DNA of 36,415 bases. Source: a virus. Taxonomy: Duplodnaviria; Caudoviricetes. The position numbers and the translations under genes were made by a program. The stretch lies in the IMG/VR virus record IMGVR_UViG_3300012346_000073, positions 1 to 36,415 of that record. One strand, 5' to 3'. Under the pieces are notes generated by a model that had not been told where the DNA came from, ran no database searches, and saw nothing but the letters and a program-made list of their open reading frames with translations. Positions 17,538-24,943 of this stretch are shown piece by piece; within the stretch, counting starts at the first letter, position 1, and each line of letters opens with the position of its first letter.

Positions 17538-17648
17538 CCAAAAAGAAAACCCATGAAAGCCGATGGGACTAGCATCGGACATTCATGGGTCAGCCAATGA
17601 AGGCTTAGATGTATCTGCACCTAGTCCGTGCAACATCTAAGCCATCAA
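17538..17648 (-). ncRNA. Two-hairpin leader/attenuator RNA, copy B (loops GGACUAG / CUAGUCC)
   Basis: 5' hairpin 17598-17647; terminator hairpin 17549-17590 plus U-tract; complementary 7-nt loops; homologous to copy A. Confidence 0.8.
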
Positions 17649-17654
17649 GTTGAT

Positions 17655-17683
17655 ATTTTAACCGACCAAAAACATCGGTTCAA
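17655..17683 (-). promoter_or_regulatory. Sigma70-like promoter feeding leader copy B
   Basis: TTGAAC-17-TAAAAT; predicted +1 at the base of the 5' hairpin. Confidence 0.65.
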
Positions 17684-18014
17684 GGTTTATTTTTACCATC
17701 CCGCCGACCTTGCCAGCAAATGAAAAACTCATCGTCCACTTGCTGTCGTCAACGCCGCTGATCTCTGCCACAGCGTCGATGGCTTGCTTGATCCTGGCGA
17801 TGCAGTTGTCCAGGTCAATCCTGCGCTTTGATGGCGGGTAGAAGATGATCGTGGCGTGCAGGCGCGGCGCATCAATGCGAGTCAGGCCTTGCTGCTTTGC
17901 CGTGAAGTAGCAGGCTTGGCGGTAAGCTTTGGCGGCGCGGGCTTTGATTGCCCAGTGCCCTCGGGCGTTGGGGCTTAGGTCTGGCGATGGCCAAGGCAGG
18001 GTTAGTTCAATCAT
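17658..18014 (-). CDS. rusA: RusA-family Holliday junction resolvase
   Basis: LTLPWP...SPN, YPPSKRRIDLDN...K...DAV....VDDS. Confidence 0.85.
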   Translation of the reverse strand: MIELTLPWPSPDLSPNARGHWAIKARAAKAYRQACYFTAKQQGLTRIDAPRLHATIIFYPPSKRRIDLDNCIARIKQAIDAVAEISGVDDSKWTMSFSFAGKVGGMVKINLEPMFLVG

Positions 18015-18213
18015 TGGATTCCTTTTGGTCGGCAAATAGATCGCCCTGGCCGTTGCTTTCGGGATTTGCGGGCTTGATGAACTTCAGCCGACTATTGCGC
18101 CATGACTTTGGCAGCAGTCCAGCCTTGGCCGCGCACTTCGGGCCGATGGCTTCGCGGCCAATCATGACGAATGGCTTTGTAGGTCGGCCACAAAGTGCGC
18201 AAATTGGTTTCAT
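18007..18213 (-). CDS. Small zinc-binding protein
   Basis: CALCGRP...IGPKCA; ATG 18213 in ATGA overlap. Confidence 0.7.
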   Translation of the reverse strand: MKPICALCGRPTKPFVMIGREAIGPKCAAKAGLLPKSWRNSRLKFIKPANPESNGQGDLFADQKESND

Positions 18214-18461
18214 TCGTCGTCGCACTCGCAATCGCTGCATTCGCAGGAAAGGCAATAGCCGTAGCCGCGCAAAGCCATAAGCAATGATTGCCGCACTCCG
18301 GCTTGGTCTGGGTAGCTGAGATATGAAAAAACAGCGGAAACCAAAGCCTCGCGTTTTTTGTTTTCGCGCACCCAAGCGTCAGTGTTGTATTTGTCGCGCG
18401 ATTTCCATTGGTCGATTTCGGCCTGTTGTTCTGCAATGATCCGAGTTAATGCCTCACTCAC
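18210..18461 (-). CDS. Hypothetical protein with Cys-rich C-terminus
   Basis: Coupled ORF ending CLSCECSDCEC. Confidence 0.7.
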   Translation of the reverse strand: MSEALTRIIAEQQAEIDQWKSRDKYNTDAWVRENKKREALVSAVFSYLSYPDQAGVRQSLLMALRGYGYCLSCECSDCECDDE

Positions 18462-18922
18462 ATGATTCTCCTTGCGCCGCCAGAGCGGATAACTGTCTTG
18501 ACGTAATCGACTGCCTTTTCAAGCTGATAAACAGTGATGGCCTCAAGCTGTGCGTCGTGGATTTCCATCGCCAAGTTGAGTGCGTTCAGTTCGTTGGCTT
18601 TGAAAACAAACCGATCACCCTTTTGGACTCCACGGGCGCAAAGCTCCTTCAGTGCATCCTGACCTGCGCGGATTTCGGTAGCGTATTCATCGCCAACGCC
18701 ATCAATCGCCAAAGCCTCTGCGATGTTCATTGCCGCAATCAAAATGTCCATGTCGCTGCGTGTGGCATGGCCCTGCGCAGTCGATGCCATTGCGCCGTGG
18801 TTTTTGATTTTCAGCATTGCCAAAGAGTCGCCAGTTTGCGTGAGTGGCTTAAATCCAGACAAAACGTAATTGACTACATCGGCGCGGATTTGCCTTGGCC
18901 GGTATGCGCTGCGCTTTCTCAT
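18458..18922 (-). CDS. Conserved hypothetical phage protein
   Basis: MRKRSAYRPR N-terminus, all-helical; coupled. Confidence 0.78.
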   Translation of the reverse strand: MRKRSAYRPRQIRADVVNYVLSGFKPLTQTGDSLAMLKIKNHGAMASTAQGHATRSDMDILIAAMNIAEALAIDGVGDEYATEIRAGQDALKELCARGVQKGDRFVFKANELNALNLAMEIHDAQLEAITVYQLEKAVDYVKTVIRSGGARRIM

Positions 18923-19182
18923 TCAAACCCCAATTCTTTTTTGAACGCAGACAAAGCCATCACCAGCGCCTGTGCTTGGTCGTAATCCATGCAGACATAG
19001 TTGTCTTGGCACGTTGATGTGTGCGACGGGAAATGCGCGATAAAGCCGTTTCCGGTGTCGGTCAAAATGCAGCGCATCTTGCCTTTGATGGAATATCCTT
19101 GGCCTGCAATGACGACTGCGTGATCCTCGTTGCGGATAACGTGATCCTCGACACCTTCGCAAAAAAATTGTTGGTTGCTCAT
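18919..19182 (-). CDS. Hypothetical protein
   Basis: Coupled ORF, likely start MSNQQ. Confidence 0.65.
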   Translation of the reverse strand: MSNQQFFCEGVEDHVIRNEDHAVVIAGQGYSIKGKMRCILTDTGNGFIAHFPSHTSTCQDNYVCMDYDQAQALVMALSAFKKELGFE

Positions 19183-19700
19183 AGTCCTGCCCATGGGTTG
19201 TTTTTGTATTCCTTGTAGCCTGTGCCGTTTTTTATTCGGTTGACAACATCAAAATTGATTCCAAGCTCCCGTGAAATTGCTCGATGCGTCCCATCCATGT
19301 TTCTGATCTTTTCAATCAATTCAGGAGAATGTGGCGAGCGCTTGCGTGCTGCCAATGCCAACTTGTAATTGCGTGCTGGGTTCTTGTGATACTGCGTACG
19401 CATGGCTGCGTCAGTGGTCAACATTTTGCGGCTTTTGATTTTTAGGTGACTTGGCTCAACACAAATAGGATTGCCGCACGACGTGCTGGCAAGCAGGCCA
19501 TCAATTTTTAACTTCAAAACGTTAAGCGCAATCCACCGACGCACGGGAATTAGCTTTCTGTTGTCGTTGACGTATGGCACGCCTTCTGTTTTGCTGGAGC
19601 CTTTTGCGCCATCCCAGATCAAGCAGTCGCCATCCTCATGGCTTCTTGATTCAATAAATTTCATGGTGACTGGCTCACCGGGTTTTCGTCTGACTTTCAT
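19179..19700 (-). CDS. HNH/His-Me finger-derived protein with C-terminal HTH, probably catalytically degenerate
   Basis: DCLIWDG, SCGNPICVEPSHL, C-terminal HRAISRELGINFDVVNRIK; upstream GTGCCA-17-TACAAT. Confidence 0.7.
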   Translation of the reverse strand: MKVRRKPGEPVTMKFIESRSHEDGDCLIWDGAKGSSKTEGVPYVNDNRKLIPVRRWIALNVLKLKIDGLLASTSCGNPICVEPSHLKIKSRKMLTTDAAMRTQYHKNPARNYKLALAARKRSPHSPELIEKIRNMDGTHRAISRELGINFDVVNRIKNGTGYKEYKNNPWAGL

Positions 19701-19745
19701 TGGTTTGTTAATTGTTGTTGATGGGAATTTTATTGTATATCAATT

Positions 19746-20063
19746 TTAAGGAATTGGCACATCATCAGGCCACAATCCTAGTTTTGTCAGCTTTTCCACG
19801 GTCTTTTTGTGCGCAGCCTTCCACATCTCCAGGCGCTCGGCCTTGCTCATGGCCGCACCCTGGTCAAGCGCGTGATGGCATCGAAAACAGAGCGATGCGA
19901 TCAGGTTATCGCTAGCCTTGATGCCTCGGCCCTTGCCGCCGCCGTGGTTTGTATGAGCCGCAACCACAGTCCCGTCATCAGCGCCGCAATGCTGGCACGG
20001 AATCTCGCGGGCGTTGCGCAGCAGTGTCTTGCTGCGGACGTAATCGTGCTTTGGGAATCTCAT
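19746..20063 (-). CDS. DUF1364/YbcO-like zinc-binding HNH-like nuclease
   Basis: PCQHCG...VVAAH...GKGRGIKASD...LCFRCH. Confidence 0.8.
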   Translation of the reverse strand: MRFPKHDYVRSKTLLRNAREIPCQHCGADDGTVVAAHTNHGGGKGRGIKASDNLIASLCFRCHHALDQGAAMSKAERLEMWKAAHKKTVEKLTKLGLWPDDVPIP

Positions 20064-20584
20064 GCCATTGACAAGATTTGTTCAATCACCGCATCAAGTT
20101 GCGCACGGTCTTCATATGTCGTCAGCACACGCTGAAGCAGGACGTTCACCACGGCAGAATAAAGCGCCTCGAACTCGGGCTCCTCCATTCTGCCAAAAGC
20201 AATAGATTTGGCCTTCAGAGACATCGCGCCATCAAGGGTGAACGTCTGATCGTAGAAACCGGCAAGAATGGTCACGTCGCTGCGGAACTGGTCAAAGTCC
20301 TTGGCGATCTCCATGCCCTTAAATTTGGTGGCCGGTTGCCAAGCCTCAAAGCCAAGATTCAGCAGTGCAAAGAACTTGCGATGGAATCGAAGGTTTCGCG
20401 GGAACGATGCCTCCATGTTGACGATCTGGCCGGGCTCGGACTTGATAAGCCGTGACCACAGCTTTTTCCATGCGGCGGTGTCTTCTTCGGTGCGGCCTTC
20501 AAAGCACTTGAAAAGAAGGGCGCGTGCGCCATCCAGTTCTGCGGGGATGGCTTGGCCGGTGCGTTGGATGGTGAATTTTGTCAT
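20060..20584 (-). CDS. DUF1367 / NinB-like protein
   Basis: PRNLRFHRKFFALL, VTILAGFY, AKSIAFGRMEEPEFEALYSAV. Confidence 0.8.
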   Translation of the reverse strand: MTKFTIQRTGQAIPAELDGARALLFKCFEGRTEEDTAAWKKLWSRLIKSEPGQIVNMEASFPRNLRFHRKFFALLNLGFEAWQPATKFKGMEIAKDFDQFRSDVTILAGFYDQTFTLDGAMSLKAKSIAFGRMEEPEFEALYSAVVNVLLQRVLTTYEDRAQLDAVIEQILSMA

Positions 20585-20592
20585 TTGTTGAT

Positions 20593-20710
20593 GGGCCTAC
20601 TCGCTGCGTCTGTGTTTGTTTGCCAGTCTTATCGTCCAAGTGCGCTTGTGGTTGGCTGAACGGCACACCCTTCAATAGGGAATTCAAAACACAGCATCCG
20701 CTTTCGGCCC
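20593..20710 (-). ncRNA. Putative structured RNA with loop-E (sarcin-ricin-type) motif
   Basis: Minus strand GGGCC-GAA-AGC...GCG-AGUA-GGCCC; inner CUGUGUUU/AAACACAG stem; apical CCCU/AGGG and GUGUGC/GCGCAC stems. Confidence 0.6.
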
Positions 20711-20717
20711 GTAATCG

Positions 20718-21140
20718 TCAAAAAGGAATATCGTCTTCCATTTCTTCAAAGCCGCTTGATGCGGGCGCAGGCGCTGGCCGTGCCGCTGGTCTCTCTTGAC
20801 GCTGGGCGGGCTGGCCTTGATCGCGCTGACCGGCGATCAATTCAATCTCCAGCACGGTCGCGGACAGCTTATGGCCTTGGCCGTTCTTGCCTTCGTAGGT
20901 TTGAATGTGCGGGTCACTCAGGACGGCGTAAATCTGCGAGCCTTTAAGCAGGTAAGGCGCAAGCGATTCGGCACGCTTGCCCCAAATGGATGCGTCAATC
21001 CATTGCGATGGGCGCTTGCCATCGTCGCCTTTTTTGCCGTAGTTGTAGGCCAGCGACAGTTGAGCGACCGCATCGCCGCGCGGCGTGTGACGGACTTCAG
21101 CGTCCCGGCCAATGCGAAAAACTCCAGTTATTTGAGCCAT
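20718..21140 (-). CDS. ssb: Single-stranded DNA-binding protein
   Basis: RIGRDAEVR.T..G..V, W.....WGKRAE.LA.YL.KG, acidic tail EDDIPF. Confidence 0.95.
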   Translation of the reverse strand: MAQITGVFRIGRDAEVRHTPRGDAVAQLSLAYNYGKKGDDGKRPSQWIDASIWGKRAESLAPYLLKGSQIYAVLSDPHIQTYEGKNGQGHKLSATVLEIELIAGQRDQGQPAQRQERPAARPAPAPASSGFEEMEDDIPF

Positions 21141-21150
21141 GATCTTCCTT

Positions 21151-21498
21151 TCAGTATGAACTCAGCGCGTCGTGCGCAGTTTGAATTGACTTGGCGGCTT
21201 TCGCCAGGTCTTGCTTGACCTCGCCTGCAATGGCTTTGGCCTTGATGCTCTTTTGCTGAATAGCCCCCAGCTTGGATGCCTTTTCAACCCCGTCATCGGT
21301 GTCTGCATCAATATGGATGCCGCAAATGTAGCGGGCCACCACCAGGATGCGAACGGGCTTTGGAATGGCCGTGTCGCTCTCGTATCCTGACGCTGCGGAC
21401 TGCTTAACGCCGATTGGCCCCCAGAATTCAGCCTGACCAAGACCCAGCGTCTTGCGCAGCATCTTGACTGACTCGTTTGTGATTTCTTGCTCTTTCAT
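21151..21498 (-). CDS. XRE-family HTH regulator (Cro/RsaL-like)
   Basis: LRKTLGLGQAEFWGPIGVKQSAASGYES...IPKPV; ATG 21498 with GAGG RBS; first gene of the leftward operon. Confidence 0.82.
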   Translation of the reverse strand: MKEQEITNESVKMLRKTLGLGQAEFWGPIGVKQSAASGYESDTAIPKPVRILVVARYICGIHIDADTDDGVEKASKLGAIQQKSIKAKAIAGEVKQDLAKAAKSIQTAHDALSSY

Positions 21499-21519
21499 AT
21501 CGTCCTCGGTTGTTCGATG

Positions 21520-21636
21520 GCGCATTGTAGCGTGATTTTTTGTTGTGCCGCGAAAATTATTTTCAGACAATCTCGCAAAATTACATTACAATAATTTGTC
21601 AGGCAATCTCGCCTGGCCATTTAATGAAAGTGAGAC
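21520..21636. promoter_or_regulatory. Divergent early control region
   Basis: AT-rich; TACAAT on both strands (21524-21529 minus, 21587-21592 plus); direct repeat CAGRCAATCTCGC at 21564 and 21600. Confidence 0.65.
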
Positions 21637-22218
21637 ATGACAAAAAACGTCTACCAACTCATCGCGGAGGTCGCCAGCGACATATCCGCGCACGGCATCG
21701 CTAAAAACCGGCGCAATCAACAAGGCTCAGGATTCAACTTCCGAGGCATTGATGATGTGCAAAACGCATTAGCCCCATTGCTGGCCCGCCATAAGCTGGT
21801 CATCCTGCCTCGCGTTATCAGCCGGTCATGCGAGGAGCGGCTATCCAAGTCTGGCGGCAATCTGTTCTACACCACGGTCGAAGTTGAATATGACTTTGTG
21901 AGCGCGGAGGACGGCTCAAAGCACACTGTCAAGATGTACGGCGAGGCCATGGACAGCGGCGACAAGTCAACCAACAAGGCCATGAGCGCGGCATACAAAT
22001 ACACGGCCATCCAGGCGTTCTGCATCCCCGTCGAAGGCGATCCCGATCATGAGTCGCACCAGGTGGAGGCCAAAAAGCCAACACTGACAAATGCCCGCTT
22101 TTCTAGGGCGGTCGAGTCAATCAAGTCGGGGCAGTACAGCACCGAAAAGCTGCGCAATGATTTTGCGCTGACCGAAGAACAGGAATCCGTACTGGTGGAG
22201 GCACTCGCAAATGCTTGA
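21637..22218 (+). CDS. ERF-family ssDNA annealing protein
   Basis: FNFRGIDDV, GEAMDSGDKSTNKAMSAAYKY...F.IP motifs. Confidence 0.88.
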   Translation: MTKNVYQLIAEVASDISAHGIAKNRRNQQGSGFNFRGIDDVQNALAPLLARHKLVILPRVISRSCEERLSKSGGNLFYTTVEVEYDFVSAEDGSKHTVKMYGEAMDSGDKSTNKAMSAAYKYTAIQAFCIPVEGDPDHESHQVEAKKPTLTNARFSRAVESIKSGQYSTEKLRNDFALTEEQESVLVEALANA

Positions 22219-22852
22219 CCATAAATTGATCTTCCGCGCATCGTCGCTGGCCGATATCATGACCGAGCCAAAAAGCAAAAGCGACAAGCTCTCAGTCGGA
22301 GCCAAGACCGCCATCACCAAGATGGCAAAAGAGGCCGTGTACGGGTACGACGAGCACATCACCAGTAAGCCAATGACCAAGGGCATCCAGTGTGAAGACC
22401 AGTCCATTGAACTACTGAATTCAGTGCTTTTTGCCAGCCACACAAAGAACACCGAGCGCAAAACAAACGAATGGATCACTGGCGAGTGCGACATCTTCAC
22501 CGGCTCCAAAATCATCGACATCAAGTCGTCGTGGTCGCTTGCCACGTTCCCAGCGCTCGCGGAGGATGGTGAAAACAAAACCTACACTTGGCAGTTGGCT
22601 GCGTATATGTGGCTTTGGGATGTTGACAGCGCGGCAATTGCTTACTGCCTGGTGTCAACGCCAGAGGAATTGATCGGATACGAAGACCGCCAGTTGCATA
22701 TCGTTGACCATATTGCGCCTGAGTTGCGCGTGACATTGGTGCACCAAGAGCGCGACAAGGCAATGGAGGCCAAGATCATTGAAAAGGTCGAAGCTGGCCG
22801 CGAATACTATCGCCAGGTCATTGAGCGCATCGCCAACGAACACACTTTCTGA
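22211..22852 (+). CDS. YqaJ/lambda-Exo-like PD-(D/E)xK exonuclease
   Basis: FRASSL..IM, KG...E, GECD, DIKSSW, Y.WQL..YM.L. Confidence 0.85.
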   Translation: MLDHKLIFRASSLADIMTEPKSKSDKLSVGAKTAITKMAKEAVYGYDEHITSKPMTKGIQCEDQSIELLNSVLFASHTKNTERKTNEWITGECDIFTGSKIIDIKSSWSLATFPALAEDGENKTYTWQLAAYMWLWDVDSAAIAYCLVSTPEELIGYEDRQLHIVDHIAPELRVTLVHQERDKAMEAKIIEKVEAGREYYRQVIERIANEHTF

Positions 22853-22862
22853 AAGTAAAGCC

Positions 22863-23516
22863 ATGAAACATCAAATCAAACACCGCTACACGGACGCCGT
22901 TCTTTTTGAATGCGAATTGCCAGATGACACACAGTCAGGACTTGCAACGCGACACGCACTAGAAAAAGCCGTGAACGTCGGGGCCTACCTCGACGGGGCC
23001 AACCTCAACGGGGCCAACCTCTCCCGGGCCAACCTCGACGGGGCCAACCTCAACGGGGCCAACCTCGTCGGGGCCAACCTCTCCCGGGCCAACCTCGACG
23101 GGGCCAACCTCTCCCGGGCCAACCTCGACGGGGCCAACCTCGACGGGGCCAACCTCGTCGGGGCCTACCTCTCCCGGGCCAACCTCGACGGGGCCTACCT
23201 CTCCCGGGCCAACCTCGACGGGGCCAACCTCGACGGGGCCAACCTCGTCGGGGCCTACCTCGACGGGGCCTACCTCGACGGCAAAAAACTGATTGGAAAT
23301 CGCCCAATTCTCATGATTGGCCCAATCGGCTCGCGATGCTCCTATTTCACGTCATACATTACGGATGCGGGCGTGATGCTTCGTGCTGGATGCTTTTTTG
23401 GCACAGTCCAAGAATTTAAAGCCAAACTAATTCAAGAGCACGGCGAAAACAATCACCGCAAAGAATACGAAGCCGCACTTTTACTGATTGAGTGCCATCA
23501 TCAAATCTGGAAATAA
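22863..23516 (+). CDS. Pentapeptide-repeat protein
   Basis: 20 A(N/Y)Lxx repeats between a QIKHRY..VLFE N-domain and an IGPIGSR...AGCFFGT..EF C-domain; start ATG 22863. Confidence 0.92.
   Translation: MKHQIKHRYTDAVLFECELPDDTQSGLATRHALEKAVNVGAYLDGANLNGANLSRANLDGANLNGANLVGANLSRANLDGANLSRANLDGANLDGANLVGAYLSRANLDGAYLSRANLDGANLDGANLVGAYLDGAYLDGKKLIGNRPILMIGPIGSRCSYFTSYITDAGVMLRAGCFFGTVQEFKAKLIQEHGENNHRKEYEAALLLIECHHQIWK
22983..23282 (+). repeat. 20 x 15-bp tandem repeat GCC(A/T)ACCTCnnn(G/C)GG
   Basis: Read directly; unit endings limited to GACGGG/AACGGG/GTCGGG/TCCCGG (last unit GACGGC). Confidence 0.95.
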
Positions 23517-23529
23517 CCAAGGAGAAACC

Positions 23530-24408
23530 ATGTTCAAAAACGCCACAATTTACCGCTATCAAATCGAATCAGCCTTGACGCCAGACTTTGGCAACTTTCA
23601 GCGATTCGTGCCATGCGGAGACCTGCAAGAAAAGTCAGTCGGCTGGATTGAGCCTCGCGGCCACAATCACGGGCCGATGGTTGAAATCGTCAACGGCGAG
23701 CGCATCGTCAAGCTGATGATTGAAACCAAGTCCGTTCCAGGCAAAGTCCTGCGCGATGAAGTTGAAAATCGCATTTATGAGATTGAGCGCACGCAAGGCC
23801 GCAAGCCTGGGAAAAAGGAAATCCGCGAGATCAAAGAAGATGCCCGCCTTGCTTTGCTGCCCCAAGCCTTTCCAAAACAGACCGCAGTCTTGGCGTGGCT
23901 GCGGGCCGATGGCTTGATGGTGGTGGACACGGCAAGCAACTCACGCGCTGACGACTTTGTGGCCGCAATCCTGACGGCCATGCCTGCGATGAAGCTCTAC
24001 CTTTTGGCCGCTTTGCAACACCCTCAAAACGCCATGACCAATTGGCTGCTGGGCGATCATGACGAAGTGCCGTATGGCTTCAGCATTGGCCGGGATTGCC
24101 TGCTGGAGTCGATTGGCGATGATTGCGCCAAGGTCAAATTCACACACCACAATCTGGACTGCGACGAGGCGAGAAATCATGTGCGCGAAGGCAAGTTGCC
24201 AACGGCGCTCGGGCTTGAATGGGATGGGCAGGCCGAATTCATGCTGACTGATTCCATGCGCATCAAAAAGATAAACCTGCTGAATGCTGGCGCAGGCGAG
24301 CGCGGCGAAGATGCGTTTGATGCGGACGTGACGATTTTTACGGGAACGTTTGGGCCACTGGTGGATTCGCTGGTAAAAGCATTGGGCGGCGAACATGAGA
24401 CACGGTGA
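23530..24408 (+). CDS. rdgC: Recombination-associated protein RdgC
   Basis: MFKNATIYR, FVPCG..Q.KSVGW.EP, GRKPGKKE...IKE.....LLP.AF, FDADV, L..ALGGE; GGAG RBS. Confidence 0.93.
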   Translation: MFKNATIYRYQIESALTPDFGNFQRFVPCGDLQEKSVGWIEPRGHNHGPMVEIVNGERIVKLMIETKSVPGKVLRDEVENRIYEIERTQGRKPGKKEIREIKEDARLALLPQAFPKQTAVLAWLRADGLMVVDTASNSRADDFVAAILTAMPAMKLYLLAALQHPQNAMTNWLLGDHDEVPYGFSIGRDCLLESIGDDCAKVKFTHHNLDCDEARNHVREGKLPTALGLEWDGQAEFMLTDSMRIKKINLLNAGAGERGEDAFDADVTIFTGTFGPLVDSLVKALGGEHETR

Positions 24409-24943
24409 CGGCGGAAAAGGATCTGCGCCACGGACATTCAGCGTGCCACTTGAGACATTTGGAAAAAACTTTGATGCGATTTTTAGGAAAAAACCAATGA
24501 CCAATTTTGAACGTACCGCCAACTGGCTCAAGGCCTGCGGCAAAAAGCCAACGCCAGAAAACCTATCGACACAGGCTGGCGTGCATATCGAGGAATTTTG
24601 CGAGTTCTTGGCTTGCCTGCGAACCGATAGCGAAGGCTATGCCAAGCTGCTTGACCGCACGCGCTTGGATTTGGAATGGTTTGCCAGCAAGCTCAAGCGC
24701 GGCGAACAATCGGTCTACATCCCAATCCACCTGCGCGTGGATGCCTTGGATGCGCTTTGCGATAGCGAGGTCACGGGCAATGGCGTTGCTTACCTTGCTG
24801 GGTTTGACAAGGATGCAGCAGATCAGGCCGTGCTTGATTCCAATGACTCAAAGCTGGAAAACGGCGTGGCTGTGATTCTTGATGGCGGCAAGATTGGCAA
24901 GGGAAAGGATTACAAGCCGCCAAACCTGCGCGGCTTCGCTTAA
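24395..24943 (+). CDS. MazG-like/PRA-PH all-alpha NTP pyrophosphatase (alternative start 24497)
   Basis: HIEEFCEF, LDALCD..VT..G, V..SN.SK...G.....GKI.KG..Y.PPNL. Confidence 0.82.
   Translation: MRHGDGGKGSAPRTFSVPLETFGKNFDAIFRKKPMTNFERTANWLKACGKKPTPENLSTQAGVHIEEFCEFLACLRTDSEGYAKLLDRTRLDLEWFASKLKRGEQSVYIPIHLRVDALDALCDSEVTGNGVAYLAGFDKDAADQAVLDSNDSKLENGVAVILDGGKIGKGKDYKPPNLRGFA

Noticed and set aside
17528-17620. N-terminal extensions of the helicase-methylase (and 15203-15250 of the initiator), both containing GFLFG
   Set aside because: They translate the terminator hairpin and U-tract; RBS-supported starts lie downstream. Leader-peptide coupling is not excluded.
20499-20799. Short ORFs across the ssb-DUF1367 gap
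   Set aside because: They overlap real genes, lack an RBS, and the gap is better explained by RNA structure.
22211-22852. Cas4 / CRISPR adaptation gene
   Set aside because: No four-Cys Fe-S cluster pattern; context next to ERF fits a recombination exonuclease.
22983-23282. CRISPR array or DGR template
   Set aside because: Contiguous 15-bp in-frame coding units with no spacers; no cas or reverse transcriptase gene anywhere in the window.
23050-23307. Antisense RRGWP-repeat ORF
   Set aside because: Shadow of the pentapeptide repeat.
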